Virus record (IMG/VR): IMGVR_UViG_3300025310_000004 | Span: 123,759-171,330 of that record | Reading direction: 5' to 3' (one strand) | Source: a virus | Lineage: Duplodnaviria; Heunggongvirae; Uroviricota; Caudoviricetes | DNA length: 47,572 bases | In this document: positions 17,933-25,986 of the stretch, piece after piece | How the letters are laid out: each line of letters opens with the position of its first letter | Position numbering within the stretch: the stretch's first letter is position 1 | Notes under the pieces: generated by a model | The model's input: the letters and a program-made list of their open reading frames with translations, nothing else | What the model was told of the DNA's origin: nothing | The model's database searches: none | Program-made: the position numbers and the translations under genes

Positions 17933-19080
17933 AGGTGACTGCTGACGCTTCGGCGATCAAGAAGGCCCTCGACATCCTCCGCCCCGGAGGCACCAATCGG
18001 TGGATCACCCCCGCTGAGCGCGGGGTGAAGATCGAGGCTCGTGGCAAGGGGGTCTTGGAGGCCACCACCACCGACCTCGACCATTGGGAGAGCGTCCGCA
18101 TTCTCGGCCAGCAGGTTGAGGGAACCGGATCGGTGCTGCTGCCCTGGGCGCAACTCCGCAAGGTGCTCGGTGTCATGAAGCACGACACCATCACGCTGGC
18201 CCAAGAGGATGACGCCATGGTGATCACCTCGGGCGATGTGTCGATGAGGCTGGCGGTGCTTCGGGACTACACCAAGAAGGGTGGCAACGTGAAGCACCCT
18301 GCCGAGTTCCCAGCATCTCCTCCTCGACCCAAGGACGCCACCCCCATTCGCCTTCACCTCGGTGCTTTGGCTGAGTGCGCGAAGTTCACCTCCCCCGATG
18401 AGTACCGCCCGGTGCTCGGGTGCGTCTACTACGACGCCGGGTCCTACGTCGCCACCGACTCCTACCGGCTGTCGCTGGTCGAGGTACCTGAGGGTGCCGC
18501 GGACCTGCAGTTTCTCATCCCTCGGGCTGCTCATCGCGCCATCGCTCGTCTCGGCTCTGGGAAGTTCATCGACGCCTGGGTGTCTCCTGATCCTCAGGCT
18601 GTCGGTGCGATGCTGTGGATCGACTTCGGTGACGCTTCGCTCGCCGCCAAGTTGCAGGAGGGGCAGTTCCCCGTCTACCGCACGCTGATCGATGGCGCTG
18701 GACGCAGCGGTGGCCTCAAGGCCACTCAGCAGATCAGGGACGCTGCTCTCCGCATCCACCGGCTGATCAAGGCATGTGGATCGGACTCCTACGAGTTGAA
18801 CAACCCCGTCAAGATCGAGCAGGTTGGCGATCGCGTCGTGCTGGCCGCCAAGGTCGGTAACAACACCATCGAGATCAAGGCGATGGGCGGCGTCGAGGTC
18901 TCGGCTGCCTTCAATCCTCGGTACCTGGCTGAGTTCTTCGAGGGCACCAACGTGGACACGATCTTCGGCGCTGACTCGATCAAGCCGTGGGGCCTTGAGG
19001 AGCCTGCCGACTACTGCGCTGGGGCGAAGCGCACCAGGCTGCTGATGCCCACCCGCATCCACGACCGCAACGACTGGTGA
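17929..19080 (+). CDS. dnaN: DNA polymerase III beta sliding clamp-like protein
   Basis: 383 aa; ATTDL, YVATDSYRL, FLIPR, GQFP.YR.LI, AFNPRYL motifs. Confidence 0.75.
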   Translation: MKVTADASAIKKALDILRPGGTNRWITPAERGVKIEARGKGVLEATTTDLDHWESVRILGQQVEGTGSVLLPWAQLRKVLGVMKHDTITLAQEDDAMVITSGDVSMRLAVLRDYTKKGGNVKHPAEFPASPPRPKDATPIRLHLGALAECAKFTSPDEYRPVLGCVYYDAGSYVATDSYRLSLVEVPEGAADLQFLIPRAAHRAIARLGSGKFIDAWVSPDPQAVGAMLWIDFGDASLAAKLQEGQFPVYRTLIDGAGRSGGLKATQQIRDAALRIHRLIKACGSDSYELNNPVKIEQVGDRVVLAAKVGNNTIEIKAMGGVEVSAAFNPRYLAEFFEGTNVDTIFGADSIKPWGLEEPADYCAGAKRTRLLMPTRIHDRNDW

Positions 19081-19132
19081 TCGGGTTCGACGCAGCCAGC
19101 ATTCGACACCAATACAGCGATACGATCGCTGC

Positions 19133-19498
19133 ATGACGGCGTGCTTGCGGTGCGACGGTTGCTCAAGGGCTGTTGCAGAACACGAGGACGATCTGAGGCA
19201 GTGGTGGCGCTTGATGCGCCACGGCATGGAGTGGGCCGACGAGGCTGGCGCTCCGAAGTTCGGAGCCATGATGATGGCGCCGTCAGTCTCCATGCACTCG
19301 ACGTTCATTGGTGGCATGTTCACCGATGACGATGGTGACGATGATGACGACGAGATGATCGTTGTCGGCATCCCCGTTGAGGACGACGACGACGAACCAT
19401 CGTCGGTGGTGCTTCACTTCTGCTCGGCACGATGCCTGGCCGGTTGGGCTGAGCAGGCATCCGCGATCGAGCCGGACGAGGAGTCGTCCGAGGGGTGA
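19133..19498 (+). CDS. Hypothetical zinc-binding protein, probably leaderless
   Basis: CxxCxxC...HFCSARCL; ATG 6 nt after TACGAT. Confidence 0.6.
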   Translation: MTACLRCDGCSRAVAEHEDDLRQWWRLMRHGMEWADEAGAPKFGAMMMAPSVSMHSTFIGGMFTDDDGDDDDDEMIVVGIPVEDDDDEPSSVVLHFCSARCLAGWAEQASAIEPDEESSEG

Positions 19499-19628
19499 TC
19501 GGAACCCCCACTAGGCGCAAGTGCTGCGCCTCAGGGGAGAAGCGCCGCAAGGGGGCGCGCCAGGGCCACCGTCATGACAACCGTCATGAGAAGGAAGCCC
19601 GGACACGCCCCCAGAGGCGAGCCGAAGA

Positions 19629-20087
19629 TCAGTCCTCGGACCAGGGCACCCAGCGGTCGAACCCGACCGAGTAGCGCTCGACTCCGGCCTTGGTGTCGCG
19701 CTTGAGGCGGTGGCCGTTGAAGCCCTTGAGGTCGTAGGCGCTGGCCTGCCAGCCATCCACCTCGAACTCCTTGACGCGCTCACGCACCTCCACCATGTAG
19801 CCATCCCCCCACCGCAACTCGTCGGTGGTGGGGAACTCGATGTCGATAGTCTTGCGCTCGTGCCTCATCCCGATCTTGTCCATGCCGCGCAGCGTCACGG
19901 GGATGCCGGAGATGTCGCCACGGGAAGCGACCAGACGGGCGAACTGCTCCATGGAGAGGTCGATCGAGAGGAACAGCAGTCCCGAGCGCTCGTCGGTGAT
20001 CTCCAACGAGAAGTAGTCGCCACGCTCGTCGGCGTTGGAATGGATGGCGCCCATGTGGACGCGTAGGGTGGTTTCGATTTCGGTCAT
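19629..20087 (-). CDS. Hypothetical protein
   Basis: Own promoter (20115-20136) and RBS ACGAAAGGAG. Confidence 0.7.
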   Translation of the reverse strand: MTEIETTLRVHMGAIHSNADERGDYFSLEITDERSGLLFLSIDLSMEQFARLVASRGDISGIPVTLRGMDKIGMRHERKTIDIEFPTTDELRWGDGYMVEVRERVKEFEVDGWQASAYDLKGFNGHRLKRDTKAGVERYSVGFDRWVPWSED

Positions 20088-20114
20088 GGTGTTCTCCTTT
20101 CGTAGAGTGCGTGC

Positions 20115-20136
20115 ATCGTACCACGGGGGTGTGACA
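20115..20136 (-). promoter_or_regulatory. Box-N8-(-10) phage promoter
   Basis: TGTCACAC ccccgtgg TACGAT. Confidence 0.8.
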
Positions 20137-20166
20137 CTGCTCTCGAAAGTAGGGTAGGATGGCGCC

Positions 20167-20802
20167 ATGTCCACGAACAAGGGCGGCGCCCCATCCAGGT
20201 TCAACGAGGACCGGGCCGAGAAGTTGCTGCAGGCCGTGCGCGGTGGCAACTACTTGGAGACGGCTGCGCGCTATGCGGGCATCTCGTATCAGACCTTGCG
20301 TCGCTGGTTGCTCAAGGCGGACGAGCCGGACGCACCACCGGAGTATGTCGCCTTCAAGGAACAGTTGGAGAAGGCCCGAGCCGACGCTGAGGTGGCTGCC
20401 CTAGCCAAGATTCAGAAGGCTGCCTCAGAGGGCGCCTGGCAGGCTTCTGCGTGGTACCTAGAGCGTTCCTGGCCTGAGCGCTGGGGGCGCAGGGACACCA
20501 ACCGTGTCGAGTTGGTGGGCGACGGCGGCGGCCCGGTCAAGGTGGTGGCTGGCATCGAGTTGGACGACGCGTCGATGAACGCCTTGGCTCAGCGTCTAGC
20601 CTCCCGAGCCGCCTTCGAGCAGCGCGAGATCGAGGAGGCCCAGATCATCGAGGAGTACCGGGGTGAGTTGGAGGCTGGCGATCCGCTAGCCGTGCCTGAC
20701 GACATCTCCGGGCTCGACGGTGAGCGCTATGGGGAGGCGATCCCAGAGAGCCCATCTGACGATGATGGGTGGTGGAATGGCGACGACGAGGATCGCACCT
20801 GA
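20167..20802 (+). CDS. terS: Terminase small subunit
   Basis: HTH (GNYLETAARYAGISYQTLRRWL), WQASAWYLER..PERWG motif; upstream of TerL. Confidence 0.8.
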   Translation: MSTNKGGAPSRFNEDRAEKLLQAVRGGNYLETAARYAGISYQTLRRWLLKADEPDAPPEYVAFKEQLEKARADAEVAALAKIQKAASEGAWQASAWYLERSWPERWGRRDTNRVELVGDGGGPVKVVAGIELDDASMNALAQRLASRAAFEQREIEEAQIIEEYRGELEAGDPLAVPDDISGLDGERYGEAIPESPSDDDGWWNGDDEDRT

Positions 20803-20912
20803 TGCCAGGTGGAGCAGGAAAGGCCAAGAGGTCGTGCCCCATGTGCAAGCCTTACAAGTTCGCGGGCAACATTCGTAGGTTGACCGAGAAGGTTGATCTC
20901 GATGAGCGATGA
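20802..20912 (+). CDS. 36-aa CxxC peptide between terS and terL (not in ORF track)
   Basis: MPGGAGKAKRSCPMCKPYKFAGNIRRLTEKVDLDER; TGATG-coupled to terS, overlaps terL start. Confidence 0.5.
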   Translation: MPGGAGKAKRSCPMCKPYKFAGNIRRLTEKVDLDER

Positions 20913-23900
20913 GCACACCGGCTTCGTAGCGATCCCTCCCGATCTCCTGGCCCACGCCACAGCCGAGGAGCGCGAGGCGTACTACCAGTACCTCCTTGGC
21001 AACGTCATCGCCGCGGATGAGTGGGAACCGTGGATCAGGATGATCTTCCCCCAGGTGGCGGAGAAGCCGTTCTCTGAGGGTCACCAGAAGTTCTGGGAAT
21101 GGGTCTGGCAGGTCGAGCCAGGCACTCGCCCCAAGCCATGGGTGTCGATCTGGCCTCGTGGTCATGGTAAGCGCCTAAAGAGTTCGACACCAATCCTCAC
21201 GACGGAGGGGTGGACGACGCAAGGACAACTCAACATTGGCGACGAGGTGTTTGGACCAGACGGAACCCCAGCCGCCGTCACATGGGTTGGACCAGAAACG
21301 ATGCGCCCCCTCTACAGGGTTCGGTTCACTGACGGGACCGAACTCGTTGCCGATCCCGAGCACGAATGGACGGTGCTGGATCGCGGGCCATACGAGTGGC
21401 GCACGCTTGAGACTCAGGAGATCGCAGCGCAGCGGTACTACTCGGGCGGGCGCGCCAGGTTCATGCTGCCACATCGAGATGCTATTCAGGCGCCACGTCG
21501 AGACCTGTTGATCGACCCCTACCTGCTCGGCTACTGGCTAGGCGACGGAAACCACAAGACTGGTGTGCTGGCCGCTGGCTCGATGGATGACGCTAATGAG
21601 GTTGCACTCAACATCGAGTCCCGTGGCGAGTTGATCAAGAACCGCTACACGCAGGCCAACACGGGATGCAACTACATCGTCATTGACGGTCTACGCAATC
21701 GGCTATCCGCGCTCGGCCTTCTTGGCAACAAGCACATTCCCAGCGGCTACCTCACCTCATCCGAGGAGCAGCGGCGTGCACTTCTGGCCGGGCTGGTCGA
21801 TTCCGATGGACACGTTGACAAGAAGCGCGGCAGGGTCCGCTACGTGTCGCACGACCAGACTCTCGCTGAGGCGGTTCGACTGCTCGCCAGGACGCTTGGC
21901 TACAACGCCACCGTCTGGAGTGAAATCGATGATCGTGAGCCACATCCCGTCACCGATCTAGATGGCGTCGTGACGATGGTGTCTACGGCTGGCACTCGAT
22001 GGGTTGCATCATGGACACCACACGACGGTCTCGGCCAAGGGATGCTCGCCAGGAAGGTTGTCCCCACCTACGCCAAGCGCCAGCGGGTTGGGATTGAGTC
22101 GATCACCCCGGTCGAGTCAGAACCCGGCCTCTGTATCGAGGTCGATCGTGATGATGGCCTCTACCTTGCCGGTAGCGACCTGATCCCCACCCACAATTCC
22201 ACCTCGTCGGAGTTGGCCGTCGTCGTGCTCGCCGCACGTCGCAAGCGTCGCTACGGCATCTACGTCTCCGAGACGCAGGACCAGGCCGACGACCACGTTG
22301 CCAATGTGGCTGCCATGTTGGAGTCGCCCACGATCGAGTTGGCCTACCCCGACCTCGGTGAGCGCCTCATGGGCAAGTTCGGAACGTCCAAGGGCTGGCG
22401 GCGCAACCGCATCCGTACCAAGACCGGCTTCACCCTCGATGCCATGGGCCTCGACTCCGCTGCCCGAGGCGTCAAGTTGGAGGACCAGCGTCCCGACTTC
22501 ATGGTCTTTGACGACATCGATGGCGAGTTGGACACCGATGAGCGCGTCGAGAAGAAGATCAAGACCATCACCCGCAAGTTGCTCCCGGCTGGTTCTCAGG
22601 ACTGCGCCATCTTGATGGTGCAGAACCTCGTGCACGAGAACTCGATCTTCGCTCGCCTCTCGGATGGTCGGGCCGACTTCCTGCGTGACCGCATCGTCTC
22701 TGGCCCAATCCCTGCCATCTGGGACCTTGAGTACGAGGAACTAGAGGGGAAGTTCGTCATCACGGGCGGTGAGCCATCGTGGCCCGAGGGATTCCCTATC
22801 CCGTCGTGCCAGTTGCTCATGAACGACATTGGCCTCTCCGCCTTCCTGGCCGAGTGCCAGCACGAGACGAAGCCACCCGAGGGCGACATCTTCAACCACA
22901 TCGCCTTCGTGCGCGTCGAGCACCACGAGGTTCCGCCGCTTCGTCGTGCGGTGGTGTGGGTTGACCCTGCCGTCACCTCCACCGACTCGTCGGACTCCAT
23001 GGGCATCCAATGTGATGGGCTCGGAGTGGACGACAAGATTTACCGCCTGTTCTCGTGGGAGAACCGCTCGACGCCGTACCGAGCCATCCACCTCGCGATC
23101 GAGAAGGCCCTTGAGTACGGAGCCGACACCGTGGGTGTCGAGACGAACCAGGGTGGCGACCTGTGGCGAGTGGTGTACGACCAGGCATGTGAGGACATCC
23201 GCAACGAGCGCGGTGACCGCCACATGAAGATGCCCCGCTACCGCCAGGAGAAGGCCACCGCTGACCTCGGATCGAAGGTCACTCGCGCTGAGCGCATGTT
23301 GGTGGACTACGAGCGTGGCCTATTCGTACACGTCGAGGGAACTCACCACACGTTGGAGATGGCGCTACGCCGGTTCCCCAAGGTCAAGCCGTTCGACCTC
23401 GTAGACGCCTGCCTGGTGGCTGGCACCCTCGTGGCCACTCCCGACGGGGAGGTGCCGATCGAGTCGATCGTCCCAGGGGATTTCGTCTGGACGCGTCAGG
23501 GGGCGAAGCGTGTTCTCAACGCCGGGCCGACGCGGTTCGATGCCGAGGTCTACGAACTCGTCACGGAAGATGGACGCTCGGTGGTGGGAACCGGAGACCA
23601 TCTTGTCTGGACCCATGAGTGTGGATGGGTTCCATTGGCCCTCGCTGCCGGGCTGACTGTCAGTATTGGCTCATGGACCATCCCGTCGAGGTTGAATACG
23701 CCGGTCGGCGCTATCGCCGCTATCCCAATGCCAAACAGCGCAGCCATCGGGTCTACTACGTGCCCCTCGGGCCAGGGGATCGAATCTACTTGCACCGAAA
23801 GGTCTACATCGATCACTTCGGCCCGATTCCCGAGGGGTGGCATGTTCACCACGTCGATGGTGACCCCTTCAACAACGACCCCGGAAATCTCAGGGCCATT

Positions 23901-24486
23901 TCACCAGGGGAACATCGTTCAACCCATGGGTCAACATGGACAGACCCATCCGACATGGAACGGCATCTCGCAGCCATCCGAACCTTGGCCGCCAAGTGGC
24001 ACGGATCGCCAGAAGGGCTCCAATGGCATTCCGACCACGGACGCTCATCCTGGGAGGGCCGAGCCGAGCATCAACTCCAATGTGTTTGGTGTGGAGAGGC
24101 ATTCTCGTCGCTTGTGGCTTCCACGGGGTTCTGCTCTCAGCGATGCCGATACCGGAAGTTCGAGGCCGATGAATCAAACAAGGACGCCCGGACCTGCGAG
24201 GAGTGCGGAGGCGGGTTCCTCGCTGAACGACGGAAGGCCACCCGCTTTTGCGGCGTCACTTGTCGTAATCGTTCAACCTCGCGGAAGCAGCGCCGTGGTG
24301 TATGACCTGGAAGTTGAGGACGCTCACGAGTTCTTGGCTGATGGGGTTGTTGTGCACAACTGCTATTGGTCGTGGGCCTACTTGGCCGGGCCACTTCACC
24401 GTCGCAAGGCGAAGGTGCGTTCCTCGGCTCGCAAGTACCTCAATGCCGCCGTTGGCATCGGCAACGCTCCTGCCGGGTTCGGCTAG
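20902..24486 (+). CDS. terL: Terminase large subunit with two inteins
   Basis: Walker A PRGHGK|ST, Walker B FDDID, nuclease VDPA and VETNQGG, FP...DLVDA|C. Confidence 0.92.
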   Translation: MSDEHTGFVAIPPDLLAHATAEEREAYYQYLLGNVIAADEWEPWIRMIFPQVAEKPFSEGHQKFWEWVWQVEPGTRPKPWVSIWPRGHGKRLKSSTPILTTEGWTTQGQLNIGDEVFGPDGTPAAVTWVGPETMRPLYRVRFTDGTELVADPEHEWTVLDRGPYEWRTLETQEIAAQRYYSGGRARFMLPHRDAIQAPRRDLLIDPYLLGYWLGDGNHKTGVLAAGSMDDANEVALNIESRGELIKNRYTQANTGCNYIVIDGLRNRLSALGLLGNKHIPSGYLTSSEEQRRALLAGLVDSDGHVDKKRGRVRYVSHDQTLAEAVRLLARTLGYNATVWSEIDDREPHPVTDLDGVVTMVSTAGTRWVASWTPHDGLGQGMLARKVVPTYAKRQRVGIESITPVESEPGLCIEVDRDDGLYLAGSDLIPTHNSTSSELAVVVLAARRKRRYGIYVSETQDQADDHVANVAAMLESPTIELAYPDLGERLMGKFGTSKGWRRNRIRTKTGFTLDAMGLDSAARGVKLEDQRPDFMVFDDIDGELDTDERVEKKIKTITRKLLPAGSQDCAILMVQNLVHENSIFARLSDGRADFLRDRIVSGPIPAIWDLEYEELEGKFVITGGEPSWPEGFPIPSCQLLMNDIGLSAFLAECQHETKPPEGDIFNHIAFVRVEHHEVPPLRRAVVWVDPAVTSTDSSDSMGIQCDGLGVDDKIYRLFSWENRSTPYRAIHLAIEKALEYGADTVGVETNQGGDLWRVVYDQACEDIRNERGDRHMKMPRYRQEKATADLGSKVTRAERMLVDYERGLFVHVEGTHHTLEMALRRFPKVKPFDLVDACLVAGTLVATPDGEVPIESIVPGDFVWTRQGAKRVLNAGPTRFDAEVYELVTEDGRSVVGTGDHLVWTHECGWVPLALAAGLTVSIGSWTIPSRLNTPVGAIAAIPMPNSAAIGSTTCPSGQGIESTCTERSTSITSARFPRGGMFTTSMVTPSTTTPEISGPFHQGNIVQPMGQHGQTHPTWNGISQPSEPWPPSGTDRQKGSNGIPTTDAHPGRAEPSINSNVFGVERHSRRLWLPRGSALSDADTGSSRPMNQTRTPGPARSAEAGSSLNDGRPPAFAASLVVIVQPRGSSAVVYDLEVEDAHEFLADGVVVHNCYWSWAYLAGPLHRRKAKVRSSARKYLNAAVGIGNAPAGFG
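21172..22197 (+). mobile_element. Class 3 intein with LAGLIDADG endonuclease in TerL Walker A (342 aa, starts with Arg)
   Basis: Removal restores GKS; DPEHEW, LCIEV, PTHN|S; LGDG and LAGLVDSDG motifs. Confidence 0.88.
23410..24360 (+). mobile_element. Class 1 intein in TerL nuclease domain, with no in-frame endonuclease
   Basis: CLVAGTLV start, TGDH block B, VYDLEV block F, VVHN|C end; middle about 200 codons are S/T/P/G-rich and lack recognisable motifs. Confidence 0.88.
23673..24305 (+). CDS. HNH endonuclease nested out of frame inside the second TerL intein
   Basis: YLHRKVY..HFGPIPEGWHVHHVDGDPFNNDPGNL..EH plus two CxxC/FCxxxC zinc modules; alternative starts 23619 and 23625. Confidence 0.88.
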   Translation: MDHPVEVEYAGRRYRRYPNAKQRSHRVYYVPLGPGDRIYLHRKVYIDHFGPIPEGWHVHHVDGDPFNNDPGNLRAISPGEHRSTHGSTWTDPSDMERHLAAIRTLAAKWHGSPEGLQWHSDHGRSSWEGRAEHQLQCVWCGEAFSSLVASTGFCSQRCRYRKFEADESNKDARTCEECGGGFLAERRKATRFCGVTCRNRSTSRKQRRGV

Positions 24487-24698
24487 GGCAGTCCACCCCG
24501 AGGGCGCTTGCGCGCCAACTCCTCACGACACTCCTGGCAGACGCCGACCTCGGTGCCATCGACCAACCGGAAGGCCATGCGATGCAAGGGGCGCTCACAG
24601 CGGATGCACTCCTTGCAGACCTCGATCTTCGTCGTGTAGTGGAGCGGGTTCTTCTTCACGCGAATAGCGTGACGAGGCCCCAGCCAGCGATCTCCCAT
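24483..24698 (-). CDS. Small zinc-finger protein, probably leaderless
   Basis: CKECIRC..CQEC; ATG 6 nt after TATAAT. Confidence 0.6.
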   Translation of the reverse strand: MGDRWLGPRHAIRVKKNPLHYTTKIEVCKECIRCERPLHRMAFRLVDGTEVGVCQECREELARKRPRGGLP

Positions 24699-24704
24699 GG
24701 CGAC

Positions 24705-24726
24705 ATTATAGCCGGTCAGTGAGACG
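24705..24726 (-). promoter_or_regulatory. Box-N8-(-10) phage promoter
   Basis: CGTCTCAC tgaccggc TATAAT. Confidence 0.7.
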
Positions 24727-24743
24727 CCATATTATGGAAAGGT

Positions 24744-24774
24744 CCAAAGAGAAGGGCCGGGTTTCCCCGGCCCC
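24744..24774 (-). terminator. Rho-independent terminator after endolysin
   Basis: GGGCCGGG-GAAA-CCCGGCCC hairpin followed by TTCTCTTT on the - strand, just past the endolysin stop. Confidence 0.75.
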
Positions 24775-24800
24775 ACTCTCTTGTCCCCCCTGCACGGAGA

Positions 24801-25949
24801 TCAGGTGACGGTTGCCGTCCAAGCCTTGGTCCAGGTGGTCGGGCCGACGATGCCATCAACGGCGAGGCCCTTCTCCTGCTGGAACTTGAGGGCAACCTGG
24901 CGGCTCTGCTCGCCGAAGATGCCATCCACGTCGATCTTCCAGCCGCGGTTCTTCATCTGCTGCTGCCACTGACGCACGTCGTCGCCACGCATGAGCGGCG
25001 ACTGCACCATGAGGTAGCGGCCGGGCCACGGGGGAGCGGCCGGAGCCGGAGCCGGAGCGGGGGTGCCTCCACCCATGCCGGAGGGCTTCCAGTTGGTGGC
25101 CTCGGCGTTGTCCATCGAGGCGAGCGACGCGGGGCCGACGATGCCATCGACCTCCAAGCCACGAGCCTGCTGGAACCAGCGAGTGATGCCGTCGGTCAGC
25201 GATCCGAAGATGCCGTCCGCTGCGATCCAGTAGCCACGGCCAGCAAGCCGGGACTGCCAGCGGTGAACGTCCTCGCCCTGCATGCCCTTCTTGAGCAGGC
25301 GGGGTCCGGTCGGGGCTGGCGGCGGCGGAGGGGGCGGTGGCTGGGGTGCGGCACCACCGAGGCTCGCCTTGGCGTGCTCGATGATCCGGGCCATGTTGAT
25401 CTTGCCGCCGTCCCAATGGTCGTTCTCGGGGACGTGCTGATGCCAGCAGGTCCCATCGAAGCCAACCCAAGCGGAGTAGGAGAGCCGCTGGGGGGCGTGA
25501 GGGGTGGCGATGGTGCCGTCCTGGGGACCCTTGGTCGCAGGAGCGTTGTCGAGATCGAGCGGGACGCCAGCGCGCACGAGGTCGGCGATGTGCTCACCGA
25601 TGAAGCGCAGCCACTCGTCGGGCCAATTGGGCGTCTCGGCAGCGCGACCGCAAATCTCGGTCTGCACGGCGAAGGCCCGGTTCGTCTCGACGCCACCGCT
25701 CATGTTCTTGAGAGCGGCGGAGGCCCACTCGGTGGGGATGAACTGCGCCTTGCGGCCGTTGGCCGGGTCGATGCAGAAGTGGGGCGTCGAGCACGGACGG
25801 CCACGGAAGAAGGCGATGACGCCATCGATCGTGCCGGGGTTGGACTCGGTGGTGTGGCCAACCCATCGCCAGGGATGCCCCGACTTGTAGGTGCCTGGGC
25901 CGGTGCAGCCCAGAATCTCGTGGCGCTCGTAGCCCGGTAGCCATGCCAT
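24801..25949 (-). CDS. Endolysin: amidase-like domain plus two peptidoglycan-binding (PG_binding_1-like) domains
   Basis: HTTE..TPHF..ASAALKN..AVQTEICG..QHVPENDHWD; Pro linkers; two G.DV..WQ..L...DG.FG..T...FQ...GL.VDGIVGP repeats. Confidence 0.88.
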   Translation of the reverse strand: MAWLPGYERHEILGCTGPGTYKSGHPWRWVGHTTESNPGTIDGVIAFFRGRPCSTPHFCIDPANGRKAQFIPTEWASAALKNMSGGVETNRAFAVQTEICGRAAETPNWPDEWLRFIGEHIADLVRAGVPLDLDNAPATKGPQDGTIATPHAPQRLSYSAWVGFDGTCWHQHVPENDHWDGGKINMARIIEHAKASLGGAAPQPPPPPPPPAPTGPRLLKKGMQGEDVHRWQSRLAGRGYWIAADGIFGSLTDGITRWFQQARGLEVDGIVGPASLASMDNAEATNWKPSGMGGGTPAPAPAPAAPPWPGRYLMVQSPLMRGDDVRQWQQQMKNRGWKIDVDGIFGEQSRQVALKFQQEKGLAVDGIVGPTTWTKAWTATVT

Positions 25950-25986
25950 GGAACATTCTCCCTTGGGGGGTCGATGTGTGGGTTCC

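Noticed and set aside
12265-19371. Long antisense ORFs in the track (e.g. 12265-13590, 15770-16789, 17680-19371 on the - strand)
   Set aside because: Shadows of GC-rich sense genes; no RBS or motifs, and the opposite strand carries clear protein families.
23600-24360. Simple sequencing frameshift as the explanation of the out-of-frame HNH
   Set aside because: It would need two compensating indels, and the HNH's last zinc Cys overlaps the intein's block F lead-in strand, leaving little room for the second. Not fully excluded without reads.
25030-25350. CCGGAG and poly-Pro repeats in the endolysin
   Set aside because: Ordinary inter-domain linkers.
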